From the NCBI GenBank assembly GCA_035629175.1, contig DASPIL010000001.1, positions 65,318-129,317 on the forward strand: 64,000 bases of DNA, read 5' to 3'. Each line of letters begins with the position of its first letter. The first letter of the stretch is position 1. Positions 43,685 through 52,454 of this stretch are shown here, piece by piece. This stretch comes from Verrucomicrobiia bacterium (GTDB lineage Bacteria > Verrucomicrobiota > Verrucomicrobiia > Limisphaerales > DASXHY01). A program made the translations under genes and the position numbers. The notes beneath the pieces are model-generated. The model searched no databases. It was not told where the DNA came from and saw only the letters and a list, made by a program, of their open reading frames with translations.

Positions 43685-45067
43685 TCAATGCGCATTGCGC
43701 ATGTCGGCCGGCTGGCGATCAAACTGGACTGCGCTGTCGTTGATGACTGCTCGATCCGACTTTATCAGGCGGATCATTTCAGCGCCCGCCAGCAGCACCG
43801 GTCCATAACCATGAGCGGCAAAAACGCTTGTGGGCCGGTAATAATAAAACGCGGGATCGAATCCCATTCCCGTGCCGACGCATACCTCTTCGACCTGCCC
43901 CGCCGCATTGACCTTGGTTGAAACGGCATTCCATGACAGCAGCACCATGGGACCGTACGCGAGTGGATCGATCCATCCCCGGTTGATCGCGTGCGCAATG
44001 CAATAGGTGTAAATGGCTGATGCAGAGGTCTCCAGATAGGAGTCATTGCGGTCGAGAAGCTGGTGCCAGAGTCCGTTGTGCCCCTGATAGGACGCCAGGC
44101 CGCGGACATGCGCGCGGAAGAGGTCCAGCACGAATGCCCGGCCCGGATGATTTTCCGGCAGTGCGTCGAGCAGTTCCGTTTTCGCCAGCAATGCCCATCC
44201 ATTCGCCCGCGCCCATCGAAACTCTGGATGCACGGACATCCCTGCGATCCAGCCATGCATGTAAACGCCGAGATCACGGTTGAACATGCGCTGAGAAAAT
44301 TGGCGGATTTGCTTTACAGCGTCATCGAAGTAACGCGCATCCCCCGTCAGGCTGCCCATTTGCGCGAGCGCTGGCACCCCCATGTACAGGTCGTCCAACC
44401 AAAGGGAATTCATCATTGGACGCTTGCGCGCGAGAGTTCCGTCCTCCAGGCGGAACTGTTTGGTGAACACGTAGTCGGCCCAATGGTCAACCAACGGCCG
44501 CGCCTCAACCAGGCCCGCACGCCCGGCCTTGATCATCGCCGCGCACATCGAGCCCGCGTCATCCAGAGCGCCGGGATGGAGCACCGCACGGAATGGATTG
44601 CGCTCCCCCGTCATCCCCGCCTCGTCGAGAGCGCGGAAGTACTGTGTCCTTGCAGCGATAAATTTCAGGCGTTTCGAAACGTAATCGGTGAATCGTGAAT
44701 CCCCTGTGGTTTCGGCCGCCAGCAACATGCCCGAATAGGTGACTCCCCACTCGTAACTGATGATTGGAAAATGCCCTCGCTCCACCGTCGCCTGCCGGTC
44801 TGGTTGCGAAAAATCCGTGATCTCCGCGCCTGTTTCGCGGTTCACCACGCGAATGGGAGTGTTGGCTTCCAGATACCCGTGAATTCGCTGAAGGACTTCA
44901 GTGATGGCGGCGGCGTTCGTCGGTCCATAGGGGACAGGATACTTCGGCGGCATGCGATGCAGTGCCGTTGGCACCTGGGCGGGGGAGGGTGCGGCCAGCG
45001 CCGCTTGCGCGATGAGAACCGAGAGAGCGGCGATGAGTTTCTGCAGAATCCGGGAAGGCTGGTTCAT
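43685..45067 (-). CDS. Glycosyl hydrolase family 88/105 (unsaturated rhamnogalacturonyl/glucuronyl hydrolase)
   Basis: Start trimmed to MNQPSRI... (signal peptide). Motifs YEWGVTYSGML, LDDAGSM, LWLDDLYMGVPALAQ, WARANGWA and YLETSASA fit the Glyco_hydro_88 fold. Confidence 0.8.
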   Translation of the reverse strand: MNQPSRILQKLIAALSVLIAQAALAAPSPAQVPTALHRMPPKYPVPYGPTNAAAITEVLQRIHGYLEANTPIRVVNRETGAEITDFSQPDRQATVERGHFPIISYEWGVTYSGMLLAAETTGDSRFTDYVSKRLKFIAARTQYFRALDEAGMTGERNPFRAVLHPGALDDAGSMCAAMIKAGRAGLVEARPLVDHWADYVFTKQFRLEDGTLARKRPMMNSLWLDDLYMGVPALAQMGSLTGDARYFDDAVKQIRQFSQRMFNRDLGVYMHGWIAGMSVHPEFRWARANGWALLAKTELLDALPENHPGRAFVLDLFRAHVRGLASYQGHNGLWHQLLDRNDSYLETSASAIYTYCIAHAINRGWIDPLAYGPMVLLSWNAVSTKVNAAGQVEEVCVGTGMGFDPAFYYYRPTSVFAAHGYGPVLLAGAEMIRLIKSDRAVINDSAVQFDRQPADMRNAH

Positions 45068-45214
45068 GTATGATATGGGTTTTGCGATGCAACGCCGCGC
45101 ATAGGCGCCACTGCCGGTTTGTCTCGCTGTCAGGTGGAACGTGCAGCGTTGATACAAAAGCCGCCGCAGAATGTCCAGTGCGGCCACCAATCACACAGTG
45201 CGGCAGGGCCGGAA

Positions 45215-46286
45215 CGAAAACGGGTTTACGCGAATTTCGCAAATTTACGCGAATGGAAGAAAGGAACTTTAACCACGAATCACACGAACCACACGAAAAG
45301 GGAGCAGCGGAAATTGAATCGAACGACGGATCGATACGGATCGGAACCACCTTCTTTGCCTTTTCTCTGCTACCTCTGCGTGCTCCTGTTAAACGTCTTC
45401 TATTCGCGCTCTTCCTGCCCTGCCTGTGAGGCAACTTCTTTTCGCTCTTCTTGACGCAAATCGGGAAAGACGAAAACGGGTTTCCGCGAATTTCGCAAAT
45501 TTACGCGAATTGAAGAAAGGAACTTTAACCACGAATCACACGAACCACACGAAAAGGGAGCAGTGGAAAATGAAATCGAACGACGGGTGAACACGGATCG
45601 GAACCACCTTCTTTGCTTTTCTCTGCTGCCTCAGCGGGCTCCTGTTAAACGTCTTCTATTCGCGCTCTTCCTGCCCTGCCTGTGAGGCAACTTCTTTTCG
45701 CTCTTCTTGACGCAAATCGGGAAAGACGAAACGGGTTTACGCGAATTACGCAAATTTTCGCGAATTGTAGAGAGGAACTTAACCACGAATCACACGAACC
45801 ACACGAAAAGGGAGCAGCGGAAATTAAATCGAAAGACGGATCGATACGGATCGGAACCACCTCCTTTGCCTTTTCTCTGCTACCTCTGCGTGCTCCTGTT
45901 AAACGTCTTCTACTCGCGCTCTTCCTGCCCTGCCTGTGAGGCAACTTCTTTTCGCTCTTCTTGACGCAAATCGGGAAAGACGAAACGGGTTTACGCGAAT
46001 TGCGCAAATTTTCGCGAATTGAAGGGAGGAACTTAACCACGAATCACACGAACCACACGAAAAGAGAGCAGTGGAAAATGAAATCGAACGACGGGTGAAC
46101 ACGGATCGGAACGACCTTCTTTGCTTTTCTCTGCTACCTCTGCGTGCTCCTGTTAAACGTCTTCTATTCGCGCTCTTCCTGCCCTGCCTGTGAGGCAACT
46201 TCTTTTCGCTCTTCTTGACGCAAATCGGGAAAGACGAAACGGGTTTACGGGAATTACCCAAATTTTCGCGAATTGAAGAGAGGAAC
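45215..46286. repeat. Tandem repeat array, about 4.2 copies of a 254-256 bp unit
   Basis: Unit starts (CGAAA(A)CGGGTTTACG...) at 45215, 45471, 45727, 45981 and 46235 (truncated near 46286). Units are near-identical with mosaic variant blocks. ORFs are open in several frames on both strands. Confidence 0.95.
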
Positions 46287-46496
46287 CCGCGATCGGCGGA
46301 TGACTTCCTTTGCAGATTTTGCTGCGGTGTGGCTACATTCCGGCAATATGGGTTCAAAGTTTGCCAACCGGGGTGAAGTCCCGCCCTGCGGAGGGTCGCC
46401 ACAGTCTTTCCCGCAGCACGGACTTGGCCCACAGTGTCCTTTCACGTGCGCCTCAGGCTAATGGCCCGGGGAAATGAACAGAAAGTTTTTTGAAGC

Positions 46497-49256
46497 ATGC
46501 AAATCGTTAAACCCAATTCGCCGGTTGAGTCCGCACATGACATTCTTCACGCGCGCTCGCATCCGCTGGATCCCATTTTCGCGCCGCAGTCCGTCGCGCT
46601 GATCGGCGCCACTGAAAATGCCGGCAGCGTCGGCCGAACAATCTTTCAGAACCTGGGCCGCGGCGGTTTCCAGGGCGTTGTGTATCCGGTCAATCCCAAG
46701 CGCAACTCCGTGTTGAGCGTCCGGGCGTATCCCAGTGTGTCAGCCCTGCCCGAGCGCGTGGACCTTGCAGTCATCTGCACGCCGGCCAAAACGGTTCCCG
46801 GAATCATCCAGGAATGCATCCGCGCAGGCATTCCCGGCGCCGTTATCATTTCAGCGGGATTCAAGGAAACCGGCGCGGAGGGAGTTGCCCTTGAGAAGCA
46901 AATTCTCGCCGACGCACAGAAAGCTGGAATGCGGATCGTGGGGCCGAACTGCCTCGGCGTAATGGTGCCGCAGCACGGGTTGAACGCAACGTTCGCAACC
47001 ACCATTGCGAAACCAGGCAATGTCGGGTTCCTCAGCCAGAGCGGCGCCCTCTGCACCGCAGTTCTTGATTGGAGCCTCAAGGAAAACGTTGGATTCAGCG
47101 CGTTCGTGTCCATCGGCTCGATGCTCGATGTGGGATGGGGCGACCTCATCTATTACCTGGGCGACGATCCCGCCACCAAGAGCATCGTCATTTACATGGA
47201 AACCATTGGCGATGCCCGGGGATTCCTTTCCGCGGCGCGCGAAGTGGCGTTGACCAAGCCCATCATCGTGATCAAGCCGGGCCGCACTGCCGGCGCTGCA
47301 AAAGCAGCGGCTTCACACACGGGGTCCCTGACGGGCAGTGACGATGTGCTCGACGCCGCGTTCAAGAGATGCGGAGTGCTGCGCGTGAACAATATCTCGG
47401 ATTTGTTTTACATGTCGGAAGTTCTCGGCCGCCAGCCGCGCCCCAGGGGCAACCGGCTCACGATGATTACGAATGCCGGCGGCCCCGGCGTGCTGGCAAC
47501 GGATGCTCTGCTCATGAGCGGCGGCGCCCTTGCTGATGTTTCAAAACAGACCATCGAGGAGCTGAACAAGATCCTGCCATCGGCGTGGTCGCACAATAAC
47601 CCGATCGATGTGCTGGGTGACGCGAGTGCCGAAACTTACGCGAAGACTCTGGAGATTTCGGGCCGCGATCCCAACAGTGATGGATTGCTTGTGATCCTGA
47701 CGCCGCAGGCAATGACGGATTGCACGGCCACGGCGGAGAAGCTCAAGGCGTTCGGGCACATCGAAGGCAAGCCTGTGCTGGCGAGCTGGATGGGCGGGAA
47801 GGATGTGGCGGAAGGCGAAGCCATTTTGAATCGAGCGGGAATCCCCACGTTTCCTTATCCCGACACGGCAGCCAGAGTATTCAGCCAGATGTGGCGTTAC
47901 GCCGATAATCTGCGCTCGCTTTACGAAACGCCACTGCCGTCAGCGGATGCCGATGACCTTGACTCAGGGCGTGCCAAGGCGAGGGGATTGCTGGACACGG
48001 TGAAGACGACAGGGCGCACGATCCTGACGGAGTCCGAATCCAAGGAATTGCTGGCCTGCTATGGCATTCCAACCGTGGTCACGCGCGTTGCAAAAACGGA
48101 GGGCGAAGCAGCGAAGATCGCAGGCGAGATCGGGTTTCCGGCCGTGTTGAAACTGTACTCAGAAACCATCACGCACAAAACCGATGTTGGCGGGGTGCAG
48201 TTGAACCTGAAGGACGAGGACGCCGTGCGCCGTGCGTTCAAGGCCATCAAAACCGCTTGCACTGAAAAAGCCGGCGCCGAGCATTTCCAGGGCGTCACGG
48301 TTCAGAAAATGATCAAGCTCAGCGAGGGCTATGAGATCATCCTCGGCAGCAGCATCGATCCCCAGTTCGGCCCCGTTCTCCTTTTTGGGATGGGCGGTCA
48401 GCTGGTGGAGATCTTCAAGGACAAGGCGCTTGGATTGCCCCCGCTGAATACCACCCTGGCGCGGCGGATGATGGAGACGACAAAGATCTATCAGGCGCTG
48501 AAGGGAGTTCGGGGACGCAAGGCGGTCGACCTCCCAGCGCTGGAACGCTTGATGGTCGGGTTCAGCCAGCTGGTTGCGGAACAGCCGTGGATCAAGGAAA
48601 TCGACATCAACCCAATGTTTGCGTCGGCCGACGACCTGGTCGCATTGGACGCCCGCGTTATCCTGCACGATGCAAAGACCAAGGAAGACGCGCTGCCGAA
48701 ACTGGCGATTCGCTCGTATCCGACGCAGTATTCGACGCCGTGGAAACTGAGGAATGGGACATCTGTGCTGATTCGCCCCATCCGGCCGGAAGACGAGCCG
48801 CTCCTGGTGAAGTTCCACCAGACGCTCTCGGAGGAAAGCGTTTACCACCGTTATTTCAGCCAGATCAAACTCGACCAACGGATTGCGCATGAGCGTTTGG
48901 TCAGGATCTGTTTCAACGATTACGATCGCGAAATTGCGCTCGTCGCCGAGTTCAAGGATCCGAAAACGCGGGAGCGGCAAATCATCGGGGTCGGACGCTT
49001 AAGCAAGGCGCGCGGACGCAATGAGGCGGAATTCGCGCTGATCGTCGGGGACCCCTGGCAAAAGCATGGTCTCGGAACCGAGTTGCTCAAGCGGCTCGTG
49101 CAGATTGGCCGCGACGAGAAGCTGAAGCGGATCACGGCCATGATCATGGCGGATAATTTCGGCATGCAGCATGTAAGCAAGAAGGTGGGCTTCAAAGTAA
49201 CTCACGACGAGGGAGGTCGTGATTTTCAGGCCGAGTACCTGTTCAAGAAGAGCTGA
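46497..49256 (+). CDS. Bifunctional ADP-forming acetyl-CoA synthetase-like / GNAT protein acetyltransferase (Pat/PatZ-like)
   Basis: CoA-binding and succinyl-CoA-ligase-like N-terminus ([33 protein letters not shown]), an ATP-grasp middle, and a C-terminal GNAT (IALVAEF...GVGRL...[21 protein letters not shown]). Confidence 0.85.
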   Translation: MQIVKPNSPVESAHDILHARSHPLDPIFAPQSVALIGATENAGSVGRTIFQNLGRGGFQGVVYPVNPKRNSVLSVRAYPSVSALPERVDLAVICTPAKTVPGIIQECIRAGIPGAVIISAGFKETGAEGVALEKQILADAQKAGMRIVGPNCLGVMVPQHGLNATFATTIAKPGNVGFLSQSGALCTAVLDWSLKENVGFSAFVSIGSMLDVGWGDLIYYLGDDPATKSIVIYMETIGDARGFLSAAREVALTKPIIVIKPGRTAGAAKAAASHTGSLTGSDDVLDAAFKRCGVLRVNNISDLFYMSEVLGRQPRPRGNRLTMITNAGGPGVLATDALLMSGGALADVSKQTIEELNKILPSAWSHNNPIDVLGDASAETYAKTLEISGRDPNSDGLLVILTPQAMTDCTATAEKLKAFGHIEGKPVLASWMGGKDVAEGEAILNRAGIPTFPYPDTAARVFSQMWRYADNLRSLYETPLPSADADDLDSGRAKARGLLDTVKTTGRTILTESESKELLACYGIPTVVTRVAKTEGEAAKIAGEIGFPAVLKLYSETITHKTDVGGVQLNLKDEDAVRRAFKAIKTACTEKAGAEHFQGVTVQKMIKLSEGYEIILGSSIDPQFGPVLLFGMGGQLVEIFKDKALGLPPLNTTLARRMMETTKIYQALKGVRGRKAVDLPALERLMVGFSQLVAEQPWIKEIDINPMFASADDLVALDARVILHDAKTKEDALPKLAIRSYPTQYSTPWKLRNGTSVLIRPIRPEDEPLLVKFHQTLSEESVYHRYFSQIKLDQRIAHERLVRICFNDYDREIALVAEFKDPKTRERQIIGVGRLSKARGRNEAEFALIVGDPWQKHGLGTELLKRLVQIGRDEKLKRITAMIMADNFGMQHVSKKVGFKVTHDEGGRDFQAEYLFKKS

Positions 49257-49263
49257 TCGAATT

Positions 49264-49300
49264 GCGGCCGCGGCGTTCCAGGCGCCGCGTCCGCGTTTTT
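49264..49300 (+). terminator. Rho-independent terminator after the pat-like gene
   Basis: GC-rich 12-bp stem (GCGGCCGCGGCG / CGCCGCGTCCGC, one mismatch) followed by GTTTTT. Confidence 0.6.
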
Positions 49301-49558
49301 CACGCCCTCGTGCGCGAAGCCATGTGAAGCGCCCGCGATCCCGCCTAAGGTCAGGATGCGGCATTTCTGGAAACTTCAAGACTCCTCCTCTTCGTTTTTC
49401 TTTCACCTGCTGGGTTGATGTAACACCTGCCTTCGATTAATGCGGTTTTACGGGGGTTTTGGGCATGAGACCCTATGGCTGTCTGGGATGGCGGGCGTAT
49501 CGTAATATCGGTTGGTCAAGTAATGATTAACCCTGACCGGCCAAACGACAGGAAAGAT

Positions 49559-49717
49559 ATGAGTCTAGGAACAATACTGGTGATTCTGTTGATTCTCGCG
49601 CTAATAGGCGTGTTGCCCACGTGGGGTTACAGTTCGGGATGGGGCTACGCTCCGGGCGGGATCGTCGGACTGCTGCTGGTAGTGATCATCATTCTGGCGC
49701 TTCTTGGAAGGCTATGA
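49559..49717 (+). CDS. DUF3309-family small membrane protein
   Basis: 52 aa: MSLGTILVILLILALIGVLPTWGYSSGWGYAPGGIVGLLLVVIIILALLGRL. This is the characteristic DUF3309 pattern. The longer track ORF from 49475 is rejected. Confidence 0.7.
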   Translation: MSLGTILVILLILALIGVLPTWGYSSGWGYAPGGIVGLLLVVIIILALLGRL

Positions 49718-49766
49718 AGGAATCCGTGTCGGAAATAAAACCAACAACAACGAACAGAAAGGTAAA

Positions 49767-49907
49767 ATGAAAACCATAAAGAAAATGATCCTGTGCCTCG
49801 CGTTGCTCGCTGCCACGACGGCTACTTTCACTGGATGCCGCACCGCCGAAGGTTTTGGCGAAGATATGGAAGATGCGGGTGAAAGCATCCAGGACAAAAT
49901 CGATTAA
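49767..49907 (+). CDS. Entericidin A/B-family small lipoprotein
   Basis: 46 aa: MKTIKKMILCLALLAATTATFTGC lipobox followed by RTAEGFGEDMEDAGESIQD, like EcnA/EcnB. Confidence 0.65.
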   Translation: MKTIKKMILCLALLAATTATFTGCRTAEGFGEDMEDAGESIQDKID

Positions 49908-49947
49908 GTTTGAACGCACAAGCAACGTGTTTGCTTGAGTGTTGACC

Positions 49948-49976
49948 GGGCGCGAGGTCAGTCCTCGCGCCTTTTG
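49948..49976 (+). terminator. Rho-independent terminator after the entericidin-like gene
   Basis: Stem GGGCGCGAGG / CCTCGCGCC with a 5-nt loop, followed by TTTTG. Confidence 0.65.
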
Positions 49977-50017
49977 CTTACCAAAACAAACGCCGGCCAG
50001 TCCGGCAGGAGGTTTTT

Positions 50018-50137
50018 ATGAAGTTACCCGTAAGATTCAATCGCGAAGAAGGAAAGATCGGATGGCTGTTTCTCTGGCTGATCGGAATTCCTGTCCCAAT
50101 CCTGCTGATTTTGTTTGTTCTGCGAGGCTGCACTTGA
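50018..50137 (+). CDS. 39-aa small membrane protein (not in the ORF track)
   Basis: AGGAGG lies 5 nt upstream of the ATG. It encodes MKLPVRFNREEGKIGWLFLWLIGIPVPILLILFVLRGCT. One TM helix. Confidence 0.5.
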   Translation: MKLPVRFNREEGKIGWLFLWLIGIPVPILLILFVLRGCT

Positions 50138-50192
50138 TCCTTGGGGATTGAAACCCACTGGAATCGCGAGGATGGGCGAACGACTGTGTCAC

Positions 50193-51116
50193 ATGAAATC
50201 CCGGAAACTTGTTTGGGCCCTTCCAGCCGTCATTGCCGCTGGATGCGCGCATCCGGAGCACGAAAGGACCGCGCTCCTCACCGACCCAATTGCGCCGGTT
50301 TATGTATCACAGGCCGCGCCGACCCCGTCGCATTCACCCGCTGCAACCATCCCGTCAGAGCCGGGTGCAGCGGCTCCGACCGCCGTCATTCATTCATCTG
50401 ATGTGTTTAGCACCCACGAAGCCGACAACACGCTTGTCAGCCAGGTGCGCAATGCTCTTATGGCGGATGCATCATTGACGGAAGGTGCACCCGCGATCTC
50501 GATCGCTGCGGCAAAGGGTATTGTTGTGCTGACGGGCACGGCCCGCACCGACGCGCAGAAACAGCAAGCCGAGGCCTTGGCACGGCAGGTTGCCGGCGTG
50601 GTTGAAGTGCGCAATGAGTTGCAGGTGGCTGCGATAGCGACCGCCTCGCCTTCCTCAAACACCAGCGCCACCCAGCGTGCCGATGGTGATCAGGTCAGTG
50701 ACGTTCAGCAGCGCGGCGGCGTTTCAGGTTCGGCGCTCAAGTCTGGAAACGAACCTGCGCTGTCCGCGACATCGCGGGACGGTGCGAACAGCTCACTGCA
50801 TCAGGGCTCGGAAGGTTCTGCAGCCGGCGGAGCTGCGGGAGCGGTGAATGTTCAGGTGCTGGGCAGCAGTGTTGCGGACGCCGCTCTTGCGCAACAGATC
50901 AGCCAGGAATTGAAAAAGGACGCGTCGCTTGGCGCAGCCCTTTCTCATGTGAACGTCACGGTGAATGACGGCCGCGTCGTTCTGAAGGGCGATGTGCGGA
51001 ACGAGGTGCAGCGGCGTGAAATTGAGAACACCGTCCAGCGCGTAACAGGTGCTGCAACCATCGACAACCAGCTGCGCATTGCGGCTGATGCCGATTCACT
51101 CCCCTACAATCCTTGA
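50193..51116 (+). CDS. Lipoprotein with two BON domains (OsmY-like)
   Basis: Lipobox VIAAGC. Two BON-like segments (LVSQVRNALMADASL...IVVLTGTARTDAQKQQAEALARQVAGVVEVRNELQV, and AQQISQELKKDASL...VVLKGDVRNEVQRREIENTVQRVTGAATIDNQLRI). Confidence 0.8.
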   Translation: MKSRKLVWALPAVIAAGCAHPEHERTALLTDPIAPVYVSQAAPTPSHSPAATIPSEPGAAAPTAVIHSSDVFSTHEADNTLVSQVRNALMADASLTEGAPAISIAAAKGIVVLTGTARTDAQKQQAEALARQVAGVVEVRNELQVAAIATASPSSNTSATQRADGDQVSDVQQRGGVSGSALKSGNEPALSATSRDGANSSLHQGSEGSAAGGAAGAVNVQVLGSSVADAALAQQISQELKKDASLGAALSHVNVTVNDGRVVLKGDVRNEVQRREIENTVQRVTGAATIDNQLRIAADADSLPYNP

Positions 51117-51304
51117 ATGATGCGAGCCACTAAGAAAACGTCCCGGGCTCAGCGGCCGCCGGAGCGTCGGGGTAACGAAACTATTCCGGAACTCCACGGG
51201 CGCGGAGGTGAGGCGCTTCCGATTTACGATTCGTCGCTTCCCAGCGTCGATTCACGCTGGGACCCTGCGGGGAGCCTGCCGGCGTCGTCAGTCAAGGGGT
51301 ATGG

Positions 51305-52297
51305 ATGAGGACGAGATCGGCGGCCGTCATTGTGGTGGGCGGCGGACTAGCAGGTATCTCGGCAGCAATCTATCTGGCGCGTGCAAAGCGCGAGACCCTG
51401 GTCATCGACTCCGGGAGATCCATGGCGCGATGGGAGCCCGATGTTCAAAACTATCTTGGATTCCCGTCGGGCGTTCCTGGCGACAGGCTGGTGAGTAAAG
51501 GCCGAACGCAGGCCCGCCGTTTCGGCGCCAAGTTCCAGCGCGATGAAATTCTGAGCGCCGGGCGCAAGGATGGGCATTTCGTATTGAAGGGAAAAAGGGC
51601 TGTTTACCGATGCGAACGCCTTCTGCTCGCAACGGGCATTTTTCACATTCCGCCGGACATCCAGGGAATCAAACCGTGCCTGGGCCACAGCCTGTTCTTT
51701 TGCAAGGATTGCGACGGCTTTCGCGTGCAGAGGAAGGCTGTTGGGATTTACGGATGGAGCAATGAAACGGTCGAGTATGCACTGGGCATGCTTTTTTATT
51801 CCTCCTGTGTGGCCGTTGTTACGGATGGACGGGAACCGCGCTGGGATGAGCAGCATGCGGAATGGCTGCGGCATTATGAAATACCTGTGTATCCAAAGCG
51901 GATTGTTGGAGTGACCCGCAGCGGAACACGGCTCCAGGCACTGAATTATCCGGATGACGCCAAGCTGCTGGTGGACGTGCTGTTCACCACCCGCGGGGAC
52001 ATATACTTCAACAAGCTGGCGAAGCAGCTCGGCGCGGAAACGAACGAGGATGGCGAGGTGGTGGTGAACCTCGACATGCATACGACGGTGCAAGGCTTGT
52101 ATGCTGCGGGATGCGTAACCCCAGCCAACTGCCAAATGATCATTGCCGCGGGACAGGGCGCGACCGCGGCCCAGGCAATTAATCGAGACTTGTTCGTGGA
52201 CAGCCTCAAAACCCATAAGCTAAGGCGTGTACGGCAGCGACAGGTTGCGTCGGATCGCATTCGTCCCGTGATTCGGGTCAAGCCGCCCGCAAGTTAG
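51305..52297 (+). CDS. NAD(P)/FAD-dependent oxidoreductase, thioredoxin-reductase-like
   Basis: FAD motif VIVVGGGLAGISAAIYLAR, a CxxC-like FFCKDCDG, and C-terminal GLYAAGCV. Confidence 0.8.
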   Translation: MRTRSAAVIVVGGGLAGISAAIYLARAKRETLVIDSGRSMARWEPDVQNYLGFPSGVPGDRLVSKGRTQARRFGAKFQRDEILSAGRKDGHFVLKGKRAVYRCERLLLATGIFHIPPDIQGIKPCLGHSLFFCKDCDGFRVQRKAVGIYGWSNETVEYALGMLFYSSCVAVVTDGREPRWDEQHAEWLRHYEIPVYPKRIVGVTRSGTRLQALNYPDDAKLLVDVLFTTRGDIYFNKLAKQLGAETNEDGEVVVNLDMHTTVQGLYAAGCVTPANCQMIIAAGQGATAAQAINRDLFVDSLKTHKLRRVRQRQVASDRIRPVIRVKPPAS

Positions 52298-52454
52298 AGC
52301 AATGAAGGACATGGCGTTCCTTCGAGCGCTCTGCGGAACCCGGTTATTCTGACTGCGAAGATCCTGTTCGAGTTCTCTTGACCACGCTGCAGGTCCTGCT
52401 TACAAACGCGCCACAACTGACCCAGCAAATCATTTCCGTCAGCAACAACTCGCC

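Noticed and set aside
45215-46286. Possible CRISPR array.
   Set aside because: The units are contiguous 254-256 bp repeats with no unique spacers between short repeats, and there are no cas genes in the window.
45070-46432. Several 60-177 aa ORFs on both strands across the tandem array (for example 45070-45429 plus, 45645-46040 minus, 45899-46432 minus).
   Set aside because: They are open simultaneously in multiple frames and strands. They consist of the repeated unit, have no start context, and their peptides merely echo the 255-bp periodicity. They are most likely non-coding.
51117-51308. 63-aa ORF between the BON and oxidoreductase genes.
   Set aside because: No start context and no recognisable features. 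It overlaps the likely upstream region of the oxidoreductase gene.
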